A stretch of DNA of 64,000 nt from an uncultured virus (IMG/VR IMGVR_UViG_3300039191_000526) (lineage: Duplodnaviria > Heunggongvirae > Uroviricota > Caudoviricetes), in IMG/VR virus record IMGVR_UViG_3300039191_000526. One strand, written 5' to 3'. The notes beneath the pieces are model-generated. The model did no database searches, was not told where the DNA came from, and worked only from the letters and a program-made list of their open reading frames with translations. The number at the start of each line of letters is the position of its first letter. Positions within the stretch are counted from its first letter, which is position 1. This document shows, piece by piece, positions 9,850 through 19,463 of the stretch. Position numbers and translations under genes: made by a program.

Positions 9850-10420
9850 TATCTTATTATATAAAGAGTTCTTTTATTATATAAGGAGAGTCTTTTTTAT
9901 TATATATAGTTCTTTTATTATATAATGAAAGTTATCTTATTATATAAAGACTCCTTTTATTATATATATAATTCTTTTATTAATTATCCTATTATATAGG
10001 GAACCTTTTTATTACATATAGAGTCCTTTAATTATATATAGTTTTTTTATTATATATATAGTCTTTTTATTATATAGTTCTTTTATTATACAAAGACTAT
10101 TTTTATTATATATAGATTATCTGAGTCCTCCCCCTTTATTAATTATCTTATTATATAAGGATAGTTCTTTTATTATATATAGTTCTTTTATTATATAAAG
10201 ACTCTTTTTATTATATAAAGACTCTTTTTATTATATATATAGTCTTTTTATTATATAAAAAGGACTACCTTATTAGTATTAATAAGATAGCCCCTTAAAC
10301 TTCTTCTATTATATATAGTTCTTTTATTATATATATAGTTCTTTTATTATATATATAGTTCTTTTATTATACAAAGACTATTTTTATTATATATAGTCTT
10401 TTATTATATATAGTCTTTTA
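9850..10420. repeat. Array of about 25 imperfect 17-20 bp direct repeats, core CTTTTATTATATA(T/A)AG; candidate origin or protein-binding array
   Basis: Counted by eye; no ORF; no unique spacers. Confidence 0.9.
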
Positions 10421-10705
10421 TTTAAAAAGATCTGTTATTTGTACTATTCCTGTTTCATCCCATAAATTATTATCGTCTAAATAATCTAATACATCTCTAT
10501 CATCATTCCCAAATTTACCTTCCTCTTTTGTTTCTACATCTTTTCTTATTTCATCCATATTTTCCTTAAGTCCATAATTAAATGTTAAGCCATTACCTTC
10601 AGGAATAAGACTTAATAATGTATCCCCTTTAGTAAATACTTTTTGATCCTGTACTTCCCCATCATAAGACCATGCCTTTGCAACTTTCTTTAATCTAGTT
10701 CTCAT
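10418..10705 (-). CDS. Acidic protein with N-terminal RLKKVA motif
   Basis: AAGGAGG SD. Confidence 0.7.
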   Translation of the reverse strand: MRTRLKKVAKAWSYDGEVQDQKVFTKGDTLLSLIPEGNGLTFNYGLKENMDEIRKDVETKEEGKFGNDDRDVLDYLDDNNLWDETGIVQITDLFK

Positions 10706-10795
10706 TATAAATTCCTCCTTAATAGTTTTAAAATTTATTTTATTTATTTAATTATATTATATCCAATTCTATAATATTACTATTTTTTCTAAAAA

Positions 10796-11302
10796 TTAAA
10801 TATAAAATAAGATTAGTATTATAATTAATATTAGAAAAAATCCTATCTTTATTTTTTTAGAATTATCTACTTCTTTATTTTTTTTTATATGGTATTCTGT
10901 TATCATCTTCCCCTCTGTTACTAGCCTTGGTTTAGGTGGGGTAGGTGGTTTTGGAATATTATTAAAATCATGTATTTTTAAATTATTAGATAATTGTAAT
11001 GATGTAATAAAAGAATCTATTTTAATTTTATTTAATGTATGTGAATTTTTATATAAGAATATTTTATTTACTTTATTATTTGTATTAGGATTTTTATCTA
11101 AAAAAGGATTTTTATTATCTTCGGATAATATATATTTTTTAAAGTCCTTTTCTTTAATTCTACATATTCCTATATTTAATAGTGAATCTTTATTAATTCT
11201 TATATAATCATTTGTTTCTTTATATTGTATATATATAATACTATAATTTTCTATTTTTTTATTTAATTTTTCTAAAGTATTAATTTTTCCTTGTGTATTC
11301 AT
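10796..11302 (-). CDS. Hypothetical protein with Pro-rich linker and C-terminal TM anchor
   Basis: PKPPTPPKP; hydrophobic tail; N-terminal domain related to 11554, 21972, 26324. Confidence 0.65.
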   Translation of the reverse strand: MNTQGKINTLEKLNKKIENYSIIYIQYKETNDYIRINKDSLLNIGICRIKEKDFKKYILSEDNKNPFLDKNPNTNNKVNKIFLYKNSHTLNKIKIDSFITSLQLSNNLKIHDFNNIPKPPTPPKPRLVTEGKMITEYHIKKNKEVDNSKKIKIGFFLILIIILILFYI

Positions 11303-11329
11303 TATCTCTCGTCGTCCCCTTTCACATTA

Positions 11330-11554
11330 TTATTCCCCTTTATTTATTGGTTTAAATCTAAGTTTTTCCTCCCCTTTAATATTAATTGTTTCTTTAAACA
11401 TACTACATGGTCTTGCATATAATAAATCCGATCCTTTTGCATAATATAATATTAATTTATTTAATGTTTCTGTATGCATTGCTTTTTCTATAGTAATATA
11501 TTCTTGCCCCTTAAAATGTTTATATAATACTTCATTTAATAGCTTTTTTTTCAT
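11330..11554 (-). CDS. DUF1653-family protein
   Basis: YKHFKG..Y......HTET....YY......YARP..MF motif. Confidence 0.8.
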   Translation of the reverse strand: MKKKLLNEVLYKHFKGQEYITIEKAMHTETLNKLILYYAKGSDLLYARPCSMFKETINIKGEEKLRFKPINKGE

Positions 11555-12066
11555 TATAAATCCTCCCCTAATGTCATTTTAGCAATAGTTTTATTTGATA
11601 AAAGATTTGTTTTTGCCATTGATCTACCCATTTTAAAACTCATTTTATGTTTTTTCATTTTATATTTTTCAGGTTTTTTATAAGATTGGTTTGATAATTT
11701 AGCCATTGATAAAATTGAATCCAATTCATTTAAATCTAATTCATGTTCCTCTTTATTAATTACCTTTTTATTTTTTTTATCCTCAAATGATGTTCTATTC
11801 AACATAGGATCACCAAGGGTTTTAGACATCATATGATCCATTTCTATCTCGAGATCTTTAAATAGAGCCTCTAGTATGTAACCTGGTGCCTTACCATCAT
11901 GTTCTTTTAAAAACTCCTTTAATTTTTTATTTTGATTAGTATTAATTGTTTTTTCTTTTTTACCTCGATTAATTTTTATAAATTTATTATTTTTAATTTC
12001 AATATATACTAATTCATGTTCCAATACTATCTCTGATATTTCTTTATAATTATATTGTTTAGACAT
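11554..12066 (-). CDS. Hypothetical protein (family with 10796, 21972, 26324)
   Basis: Shared E...HE.V.IEI....YI.I N-terminus. Confidence 0.65.
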   Translation of the reverse strand: MSKQYNYKEISEIVLEHELVYIEIKNNKFIKINRGKKEKTINTNQNKKLKEFLKEHDGKAPGYILEALFKDLEIEMDHMMSKTLGDPMLNRTSFEDKKNKKVINKEEHELDLNELDSILSMAKLSNQSYKKPEKYKMKKHKMSFKMGRSMAKTNLLSNKTIAKMTLGEDL

Positions 12067-12155
12067 TTTAAATCCTCCTCTTCTAACGGTTTATAATATT
12101 ATATTTATATTACATATTTTTTTTTAACTTTTTTTATATTTTTTTTAAAATTTTA

Positions 12156-12184
12156 TTTACAAAATAAAATTTTTATGATATAAT
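12156..12184 (+). promoter_or_regulatory. Sigma-A-like promoter
   Basis: TTTACA-17 nt-TATAAT. Confidence 0.7.
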
Positions 12185-12235
12185 AATAAATGTACCAACA
12201 ATATAATAGTGAATTCCCAAGGAGGGGCATAGGAT

Positions 12236-12781
12236 ATGAAAAATGAGATTGTAGATGAAGGTTATTTAGGTGATTATGAGGATACCCTAGGGGATGGTGT
12301 AAGGCAATATCATGTAAGAAAAGCATTTTCATTATTTAATAAAACTAATTCTCGTAAAAAAAGATTAAAATTGGCTAGATTTATTTCACATTCAAGTTAT
12401 TTATCACATTTAAGTATTACTAGAAAAGATTTAAATGAAAAAGAAAGAGAAATATTTTTTAAAGGTATTTTAAAAGATTTTGAAAGCTCTTGGAATTATC
12501 TATCATCAGATTTATGTATAATGAATGAAAAAATAATGATCTTTAAAAATCATTTTGTTAGGTTTTTATTTGAATATTCTACTAAAGAGGTATTAAAATA
12601 TTTTAAAGATATACCAAACCAACAATGGGATTATATGATTGATAACTTTTATAAACTCAATGATAATAAAAAATATGAATACTCTAATATTATTTTATCT
12701 TATAATGACTATTTAAATTTAAATAAAGATCAAATTGATAGATTAGAAAATCTTGCTGTAATATATCAATTACAAAAATAA
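12236..12781 (+). CDS. Hypothetical helical protein, shared C-terminal helix (LENLAVIYQLQK)
   Basis: AAGGAGG SD, own promoter and terminator. Confidence 0.7.
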   Translation: MKNEIVDEGYLGDYEDTLGDGVRQYHVRKAFSLFNKTNSRKKRLKLARFISHSSYLSHLSITRKDLNEKEREIFFKGILKDFESSWNYLSSDLCIMNEKIMIFKNHFVRFLFEYSTKEVLKYFKDIPNQQWDYMIDNFYKLNDNKKYEYSNIILSYNDYLNLNKDQIDRLENLAVIYQLQK

Positions 12782-12805
12782 AAACGACTCATAAGGAGTC
12801 GTTTT
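12781..12805. terminator. Bidirectional intrinsic terminator
   Basis: AAAACGACTC-ataag-GAGTCGTTTT. Confidence 0.75.
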
Positions 12806-12821
12806 GTTACATAATATTTTT

Positions 12822-13139
12822 TTAAAGATATTGTAAGTCATTTGTAACAGTTACTATTGCTGAAACATATCCTTCTTCAGTCCAATTATTAATTCCTTTA
12901 ATTTTATCATGAAATTCATTAAAATTATCATAAGTCACTTTTTGACCATCAGTATATTCTTGATAATCTTCTATATAATTATAATAAACTCCTTGATCAT
13001 TAGTATAAGTTATAATTATACTATTTCCATTTCTTTCTCCATAAACATAATTTGTTCCTCCCCCAGCAATTCCTTCTGTTGTTCCTATTAAACTATAATT
13101 ACCAGAACTATCAGCAGATTTTTTTAATAGTCGTTTCAT
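12822..13139 (-). CDS. Hypothetical protein with N-terminal RLLKKSA motif
   Basis: GGGAG SD. Confidence 0.7.
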   Translation of the reverse strand: MKRLLKKSADSSGNYSLIGTTEGIAGGGTNYVYGERNGNSIIITYTNDQGVYYNYIEDYQEYTDGQKVTYDNFNEFHDKIKGINNWTEEGYVSAIVTVTNDLQYL

Positions 13140-13198
13140 TATTTATTTCACTCCCTTGGTATGTAATTTCATAATTAATATAGATTACATAAAGGGTA

Positions 13199-13522
13199 TT
13201 ATTTTAATAATTTATATGTTGTCATTATACTTAAAAATTAATTACCAGTACAAGGGCCTATTATATTAGCTATTATATATTGCCTTGTTTTTGAAAGGTC
13301 ATATTGTATATTAGTATCTTTAATTATATTAGTAATATCTTCTATTTCTTTTTGGCCATACATATATTTATATAATATTTTATTACATTTTACATTCTTA
13401 TAATTATATTTAATATATGTATGTAAAGATTGATCAGAAATAGTAATTTCACTATTACATAAAAATATTTGTATTTTTTGATTATTAAACTTATTTAAAT
13501 TTTTTTTATTTAATTTATACAT
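13199..13522 (-). pseudogene. Pth2-like (IGP) family member with premature TAA at 13238-13240
   Basis: IIGPCTGN*FLSIMTTYKLLK* aligns with paralog 17874 (IGPCTEDQLNTILTTINLY). Confidence 0.55.
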
Positions 13523-13664
13523 CTATATCAAATTCTTGTGATAATTTTAATGTAAATAAATGTGTTGTTGAACTGTTTCTTTTAATAAACATATCTTCAT
13601 TTTTAATACCTTTATTTGATTTATTTACTAGATCAAAATTATTATTATATAAAAAGATTTTCAT
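13515..13664 (-). CDS. 49-aa protein MKIFLYNNNF...DMFIK...LFTLKLSQEFDIDV, paralog of the upstream gene
   Basis: Translated by hand; GGTGA SD; below ORF-track size cutoff. Confidence 0.6.
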   Translation of the reverse strand: MKIFLYNNNFDLVNKSNKGIKNEDMFIKRNSSTTHLFTLKLSQEFDIDV

Positions 13665-13673
13665 TTTATTCAC

Positions 13674-13978
13674 CTACCTAATAGTAATATCTATATCTTC
13701 TGAAACTTTTAATGATAATAATATTGAAATTAATTTATCTTTATTATTATGTTTAACCATTCCAAAATTTCCATAAGGGGTTTTACAAGAACACAATTCA
13801 ATTTCTTTAAAATCATTTAATAATACCATAAAATAAATAAATTGTTCATTAGAAGCGTTTATTTTAATAAACATATCATTATTAAAGGTAGTCATGTTAT
13901 AATTATTCTTAATTATACTTTTAATTTTTTTTTACTATTAACTACCTTAAAATCATTATGATATATAAATATTCTCAT
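13674..13978 (-). pseudogene. Hypothetical gene with apparent 1-nt frameshift in an A9 tract (13925-13933)
   Basis: ATG at 13978 (MRIFIYHNDF, like the paralog MKIFLYNNNF) is one base out of frame with 13674..13895. Confidence 0.5.
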
Positions 13979-13992
13979 TATAATCAACCTTT

Positions 13993-14307
13993 CTATATTG
14001 TTTTATTAGAAAGCATTTTTCCAGTCATTGTAAAAGATTCAAGTTTACTTTTATTAGATGGTCCAATTAATAAAGCGCAATCTTTATTTCTTATATTAAA
14101 TGTTTCAGCATTAATATTCATATCATCAGCAATATTTATTAATAAATCTAAATCATTAACATTATTAATAGTTCCTGAATAAAACTTATCAGAATCAATA
14201 TTAAATTTTTGACAAATTTGTCTTCCAATATAATAAGGATCAGATATTCCTAAATCATCATAGCAATCCATGTCAGTTCTTATTATAATTAAATATTTAT
14301 CATTCAT
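13993..14307 (-). CDS. Degenerate peptidyl-tRNA hydrolase 2 (Pth2)-like protein
   Basis: IIIRTDM ... IGRQ ... LLIGPSNKSKLESFTMTGKML follows the Pth2 motif order. Confidence 0.5.
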   Translation of the reverse strand: MNDKYLIIIRTDMDCYDDLGISDPYYIGRQICQKFNIDSDKFYSGTINNVNDLDLLINIADDMNINAETFNIRNKDCALLIGPSNKSKLESFTMTGKMLSNKTI

Positions 14308-14322
14308 ATTATCTACTCCTTT

Positions 14323-15552
14323 TTAAAGTATAGTATTAAGAAGGCCTTTATAAACATCACCCATTTTTATACTTATTCCAATTTTATAAATTGGATTATC
14401 AATTTCAATATTAGGTTCATTCTTCATATTAAAATTATAATTTCTAAATTCAACCCCTGAAAATAAATTTAAATATTTAAATTTAGCAATTAACCCTAAT
14501 TCTGCCATTAAACTTAAATTTGTTTTTTGAATATTATTATTAACATGTTCGTAATTTATTCCTCCTATACCTATTCCTGAAGTACCATATAATTTCCACG
14601 GTATAATAGGCATTTGATAACCTACAACCCATTCATAATTTAATCCTTCATATTCTTTTCCTATATCAATAAAGTTTAAATTAAATTTTGAATAAATATT
14701 GTTTGATAAATTATATTTTTTTAATTCAATACCATATATTCCAGTATTAGATGTTTTAAGATTATTTATTGGTGAAGATATTGTTATTGGTGAATATCTA
14801 AAATTTACATCATATAAATAATATTCATCAATTGGATATAATTTAATATTCATTTTCTTTTTAATATTTTTTTGTTTTATAATTCTTCCTTTAGATGAAT
14901 CATTAGTTGATTGAGTAATATAAATAATCCCCTTTTGTTTATGATTACTATTAAAAACCTTATAATAATTATTTTCTTTTATTCTATATTTATGTCCTCC
15001 ATTAATTTTCACAGAGTTTAAACCAACTTCTTCTATATAAGGTTTATTATTATTTGATATATTCTTAAAACTTGCATTAAATTGTTTAATTAGATTATTT
15101 AAAGCATAAGATATAGCTTGTTGTTTATTATCATTAGATCCATATGATTCTATTTCAATAGCTTTAGTATATAGTCCACTTTCTACATTTATCATTTTAA
15201 TTATTACATTTATATTAGCGACTCCATTTTCTACTACATTTTTAGTAAAACTACCTACAACTATTTTATTAACCCCACTAATTCTTCCAAATTCAATAGC
15301 AGTTTCTTCATTAATTAATCCACTATGCTGTAATTTTTGTTCTTTTAAAATTTCTTTTAATAAAGATCTATTAATTACATTATATTTATTTGATTGAATT
15401 AATTTAGTAGAAATTTTATTAGCTAATATTTTACCATATTTTTTATTCCATCCTGTAAAGTCCAAAACAGTAATATTATCCTTAGCTAAAATAGGTTGAG
15501 ATAATAAAAGTAAAAATAACATTAGTAAAATTAAACTAATTCTTTTTTTCAT
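14323..15552 (-). CDS. Secreted CsgG/HfaB-like protein with beta-rich C-terminal domain
   Basis: Signal peptide; ITVLDF...VINRSLLKEILKEQKLQHSGLINEETAIEFGRISGV is CsgG-family-like. Confidence 0.75.
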   Translation of the reverse strand: MKKRISLILLMLFLLLLSQPILAKDNITVLDFTGWNKKYGKILANKISTKLIQSNKYNVINRSLLKEILKEQKLQHSGLINEETAIEFGRISGVNKIVVGSFTKNVVENGVANINVIIKMINVESGLYTKAIEIESYGSNDNKQQAISYALNNLIKQFNASFKNISNNNKPYIEEVGLNSVKINGGHKYRIKENNYYKVFNSNHKQKGIIYITQSTNDSSKGRIIKQKNIKKKMNIKLYPIDEYYLYDVNFRYSPITISSPINNLKTSNTGIYGIELKKYNLSNNIYSKFNLNFIDIGKEYEGLNYEWVVGYQMPIIPWKLYGTSGIGIGGINYEHVNNNIQKTNLSLMAELGLIAKFKYLNLFSGVEFRNYNFNMKNEPNIEIDNPIYKIGISIKMGDVYKGLLNTIL

Positions 15553-15859
15553 TGTTAATCCCTCCTTTTAATTTATAATTTAACAATAAACTTTCCATTT
15601 TATCTGATTGATATTTTATAATAACATACTCAATACAAGAATCTTGTGTATGCGATGTATAAGCTAATGTACTATCAATATATTTAATATTATAATTAAT
15701 ATTTAACTTATTTAGATCATTAATAATTTTTTCTAATTGTTTGTTATTTTCACATGATAATCTTTTAACCCTTTTAAAACATGTTCCTTGAGGTGATACA
15801 AAGTTTTTATTATATAAAATATATTTTCTTATATTTAAAACATTTTCTTTTATATTCAT
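15536..15859 (-). CDS. LLLNYKL paralog family member
   Basis: Clear similarity to the next three ORFs. Confidence 0.7.
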   Translation of the reverse strand: MNIKENVLNIRKYILYNKNFVSPQGTCFKRVKRLSCENNKQLEKIINDLNKLNINYNIKYIDSTLAYTSHTQDSCIEYVIIKYQSDKMESLLLNYKLKGGINNEKKN

Positions 15860-15877
15860 TATTTATTCCTTTCTTAT

Positions 15878-16153
15878 TTAAAATTTATTTAATTTATAAT
15901 TTAATAATAAACTTTCCATTTTTTCTTGTTGGGATTTTATAATAATATATTCTATTGGAGTAGTTTTGTTATGATTAAGGTATACACTAGGGTTATTAAT
16001 GTATTTAATATTATATTTAATATTGAGTTTATTTAAATCTTTTATTATTTGTTCTAATTTTCTATTATTTTTAAAATAAAAAAATTTATAATTCAAAGCA
16101 TGATCAGTAAAGTTTTTAGTAAAATTTTTATTACATAAAAGATATTTTTTCAT
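15878..16153 (-). CDS. LLLNYKL paralog family member
   Basis: LEQIIKDLNKLNI...MESLLLNYKL. Confidence 0.7.
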   Translation of the reverse strand: MKKYLLCNKNFTKNFTDHALNYKFFYFKNNRKLEQIIKDLNKLNIKYNIKYINNPSVYLNHNKTTPIEYIIIKSQQEKMESLLLNYKLNKF

Positions 16154-16154
16154 C

Positions 16155-16412
16155 TTATCCCCCTTTTATTTGATTACTTAATTTATAATTTAATAAAATA
16201 TCCTCAACTTTTTCTTCTTGAAATTCTACAAAAATAAATTCAATTTCATCAAGTGTTTTATTTTTATATTGAATTTGATAGGTAATATTATATTTATCTA
16301 ATTCTTTAATTAATTGTTTAAAATCAACATTGTCTTTTAAATGGATTATTTTTCTACCCCCTATAACCCCTTGTGGTAATAATGGATTACCTTTATATAA
16401 ATAATATCTCAT
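16155..16412 (-). CDS. LLLNYKL paralog family member
   Basis: VEDILLNYKLSN. Confidence 0.7.
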   Translation of the reverse strand: MRYYLYKGNPLLPQGVIGGRKIIHLKDNVDFKQLIKELDKYNITYQIQYKNKTLDEIEFIFVEFQEEKVEDILLNYKLSNQIKGG

Positions 16413-16414
16413 TA

Positions 16415-16699
16415 TTATTGGTAACCTCCTTTTATTTTATTGCTTAATTTATAATTTAATAATAAACCATCAACTTTATTAATATGATCTTTAATAACAA
16501 TATATTTAATTGTTCTTAAGTGTTCTTTTGATGAATCATCATATTTTTTACATGTAAAATTAACATTTAATTCTTTTAAATCTTTAATTACTTTTAATAA
16601 TTCACGACTATTTTTAAATTTAAAAACCTTAGATTTTACCACTAAACTCATTGGTAATATAGTAATACTTATTGAATTATTAAAAAATATATATTTCAT
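16415..16699 (-). CDS. LLLNYKL paralog family member
   Basis: VDGLLLNYKLSN. Confidence 0.7.
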   Translation of the reverse strand: MKYIFFNNSISITILPMSLVVKSKVFKFKNSRELLKVIKDLKELNVNFTCKKYDDSSKEHLRTIKYIVIKDHINKVDGLLLNYKLSNKIKGGYQ

Positions 16700-17058
16700 T
16701 AATTACATTCCTTTCCACATTCCTTAGAGCATTTTGAACAATATTTTTCAATAAATTGACTTTTTGATAATTTATGATATTCTTTATCTGCTATTGAACC
16801 TACCAATCCTAAAATAAATAATAACATAAAAAGTAAAATAAAAATACTAAAATATATTTTTGTATGTTCAATACCAAATTGGATAACTTTATTTAAAAAA
16901 GGGATTACTCCATCATTAAAAATAAATTTATCACTATTATTATAATAACGAGCAATATCAATATTTCCTACAAACATCATTGTAAAAGGAAATATTAAAA
17001 ACATTATAATTACATTACAAAATATATAAACCCTTTTAAATCTTCTCTTTTTGTTCAT
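16699..17058 (-). CDS. Two-TM membrane protein with C-terminal CxxCxxxC
   Basis: Hydrophobic segments; similar to 17586 ORF. Confidence 0.6.
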   Translation of the reverse strand: MNKKRRFKRVYIFCNVIIMFLIFPFTMMFVGNIDIARYYNNSDKFIFNDGVIPFLNKVIQFGIEHTKIYFSIFILLFMLLFILGLVGSIADKEYHKLSKSQFIEKYCSKCSKECGKECN

Positions 17059-17060
17059 TA

Positions 17061-17357
17061 TTATTCATCCCCTTTAATTAAATTATAAATAGTTAAAATT
17101 TTATCTAATAAGTCTTGATTAATTGATTCAGTTACATATCCTATACTTATAGTTGCAAATTCAGAATCAATAAAATCACTTGTTACATTTTTATGATGAA
17201 TATTTAACTTTATATTATTTTCTTTTAAAATGCTTACAAGTTTGTGATTTTTATTATTTAATAAAGAATAATAATAGACTTTTTTATATTTCTTATTAAT
17301 TATATTTTTAAAATTTTTCATATGAATATTACCTTTATTAAAAGCTATTCTGGGCAT
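17061..17357 (-). CDS. Hypothetical protein, shared C-terminal helix (LDKILTIYNLIK)
   Basis: AGGAGG SD. Confidence 0.6.
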   Translation of the reverse strand: MPRIAFNKGNIHMKNFKNIINKKYKKVYYYSLLNNKNHKLVSILKENNIKLNIHHKNVTSDFIDSEFATISIGYVTESINQDLLDKILTIYNLIKGDE

Positions 17358-17369
17358 TTCATCTCCTCC

Positions 17370-17582
17370 TTATATGCTATTAAGTATTTCACAATATTCA
17401 TAAAAATTATCTAATTTTTCTTTATAATTAAAACTAACTTTAATTGAATTATTATTAAGAAAAGTACAATTTAAATTTAATTTTTTAGTAAGAGTAATAA
17501 TCTTATTTAATGCTTCAGTTTTTACTTTTAAAGTTTTATTATTTTTAGTATTAATATCTTTAGTATGTACAATTAAATTCAT
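17370..17582 (-). CDS. Hypothetical protein
   Basis: ORF in operon. Confidence 0.55.
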   Translation of the reverse strand: MNLIVHTKDINTKNNKTLKVKTEALNKIITLTKKLNLNCTFLNNNSIKVSFNYKEKLDNFYEYCEILNSI

Positions 17583-17585
17583 TTT

Positions 17586-17855
17586 TTATTCTCCTTTATT
17601 ATTTATATTATAAAATTTATAACCACAATATAATTGAAGTAAAAATCCTATTACCATAATAGTTATAGATAATTTTGGTGTATAACTTCCAATTTTAGAA
17701 ATTTTATTTAATATATTAATTCTATATAAAGTAGGTGTTTTATTAAATATATATATTTCTCTATATCTAAACCACCCTAAAAAACCTATCATAATAAAAA
17801 TTAACGCTACTACATATATAAAATCATATAATAAATTTAATTTTTTTTTATTCAT
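17586..17855 (-). CDS. Two-TM membrane protein
   Basis: Two hydrophobic segments. Confidence 0.6.
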   Translation of the reverse strand: MNKKKLNLLYDFIYVVALIFIMIGFLGWFRYREIYIFNKTPTLYRINILNKISKIGSYTPKLSITIMVIGFLLQLYCGYKFYNINNKGE

Positions 17856-17873
17856 TTTAATAATTTTCCTTTC

Positions 17874-18197
17874 TTAATATAAATTAATAGTGGTTAAAAT
17901 AGTATTTAATTGATCTTCTGTACAAGGTCCAATTAAACATATTAAGATTTTACCTGTATTATCACGTCCTGCTTTAATTTTAATGTCCATTTGTTGGGAA
18001 ATATCATATACTTTTTTAATATTATTAACACTAATTATTTCAATTTTATTTTTAATATTATTTTCCCCTTTAAAAACTTGTTCCATTAACCCCATTGCCA
18101 TTCCCATTCCACTCCAAGAATTACCTAATTGTCTCCCAATATTTCTTTGAAGATTTTTTAGTTCAAATAAATAATGCTTCTTTTTCACTATAATCAC
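17874..18197 (-). CDS. Degenerate Pth2-like (IGP) family protein
   Basis: IGRQ ... CLIGPCTEDQLNTILTTINLY. Confidence 0.55.
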   Translation of the reverse strand: MIIVKKKHYLFELKNLQRNIGRQLGNSWSGMGMAMGLMEQVFKGENNIKNKIEIISVNNIKKVYDISQQMDIKIKAGRDNTGKILICLIGPCTEDQLNTILTTINLY

Positions 18198-18492
18198 CTT
18201 TTAATTGTAATTTTAATGATAATAATTGAGATTCTATAAAATTTTCTTCTCCTACTATATATATTAAAATAACATTGTAATTTTCAGAATCTTCAATAGG
18301 ATAAATAGTTTTAATTTTATTTTCATCTATATTAAAATTATAAATGATTTTATCTAATAGTGTTGAATTAACATAAATAAATTGTTTTTTTAATATTTTA
18401 GATGATAATTCATCACCTGGTGATAAACATTCTTTAATTTCATTTTTATATAATCCTTTATATTTTGTACGGCATAAAATAAATTCTTTCAT
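18163..18492 (-). CDS. Hypothetical protein, shared C-terminal helix (IESQLLSLKLQ)
   Basis: ORF in operon. Confidence 0.6.
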   Translation of the reverse strand: MKEFILCRTKYKGLYKNEIKECLSPGDELSSKILKKQFIYVNSTLLDKIIYNFNIDENKIKTIYPIEDSENYNVILIYIVGEENFIESQLLSLKLQLKGDYSEKEALFI

Positions 18493-18494
18493 TA

Positions 18495-18818
18495 TTATTC
18501 CCCCAATAATTTAATACTAGTACTAAAAGCATCAATTTTATTTTTTTCACAAGGGCCAACAATAACACCTTGAGGAATGTGTTTAGTTATTCCAGAACCA
18601 TCAACAACTTTATTAAATAAACCTTGCTTTTCGGCAATTTTAGCAATTTTACTATAATCTTGATCAGTATTAATTATTTTAGTTTCTATATTACAATCAA
18701 TTACTTTATTTAGAAATTTATCTTGTTTATTAATTATTTTATTAAAATGTTCTTCTTTATAACTGTATATATTTAAATCATTTTTATCATACATCATAAT
18801 TAATCTCTTTAATTCCAT
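18495..18818 (-). CDS. Degenerate Pth2-like (IGP) family protein
   Basis: KIAEKQGL..VVDGSGIT..PQGVIVGPCEKNKIDAFSTSIKLL resembles the Pth2 C-half. Confidence 0.55.
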   Translation of the reverse strand: MELKRLIMMYDKNDLNIYSYKEEHFNKIINKQDKFLNKVIDCNIETKIINTDQDYSKIAKIAEKQGLFNKVVDGSGITKHIPQGVIVGPCEKNKIDAFSTSIKLLGE

Positions 18819-18835
18819 TTAATCATTCCTCCTTT

Positions 18836-19174
18836 TTATAATAACTTACTTATAGTACCAAAAGAATTAATTTTTTTAATAGAATCAGGTCCAATTATAA
18901 CTCCCTGGGGTATATCTTTTTTTGATCCTCCCCAGATAATTTTATTAAATAAATTTTGATCATCAGCTTCATTGGAAATTTTTCGAAAATTTATATCTTT
19001 ATTCTCAATAAATTCCTCTTCTATTTTATCAATTTTTTTATTAAAGTTATTATTAATTATTTTTTGTAAAAGATCATCTTGTATATCTGTTATTTTAATT
19101 AAATTTTCCCCACCATATACATCACAATCTAAATCTAATTTATTATGCACTATAACTAATCTTTTTAATTTCAT
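18836..19174 (-). CDS. Degenerate Pth2-like family protein, close paralog of 18495
   Basis: MKLKRL start; IPQGVIIGPD. Confidence 0.55.
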   Translation of the reverse strand: MKLKRLVIVHNKLDLDCDVYGGENLIKITDIQDDLLQKIINNNFNKKIDKIEEEFIENKDINFRKISNEADDQNLFNKIIWGGSKKDIPQGVIIGPDSIKKINSFGTISKLL

Positions 19175-19175
19175 A

Positions 19176-19439
19176 TTATTTATCCCCCATATATTCATTT
19201 ATAACTTCTTGTATAATTCTTTTTAATTCATCATCGTTTTCTAGCTTCTCTTGGGCACCTCTAATGCCCTCTATAAACTCTTTAAATTCATCCATAGGTT
19301 TATTATACCATTCACTATAAGGGTTTAATATGCATGATGAGGCACCCTGACAATTCCCATTACATTTTAAATTAACCGGATCACATTGTTCACAATCTTC
19401 ATAATCATAAATACATTCATCAAAATCAATCATTATCAT
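19176..19439 (-). CDS. Small Cys-rich protein
   Basis: Six Cys in the N-terminal half; own promoter at 19464-19492. Confidence 0.65.
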   Translation of the reverse strand: MIMIDFDECIYDYEDCEQCDPVNLKCNGNCQGASSCILNPYSEWYNKPMDEFKEFIEGIRGAQEKLENDDELKRIIQEVINEYMGDK

Positions 19440-19463
19440 CCTCCTTTTACTTGTTACAATTAT

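Noticed and set aside
9850..10420. CRISPR array
   Set aside because: Units abut with no unique 30-40 nt spacers, repeats are degenerate, and no cas genes are present.
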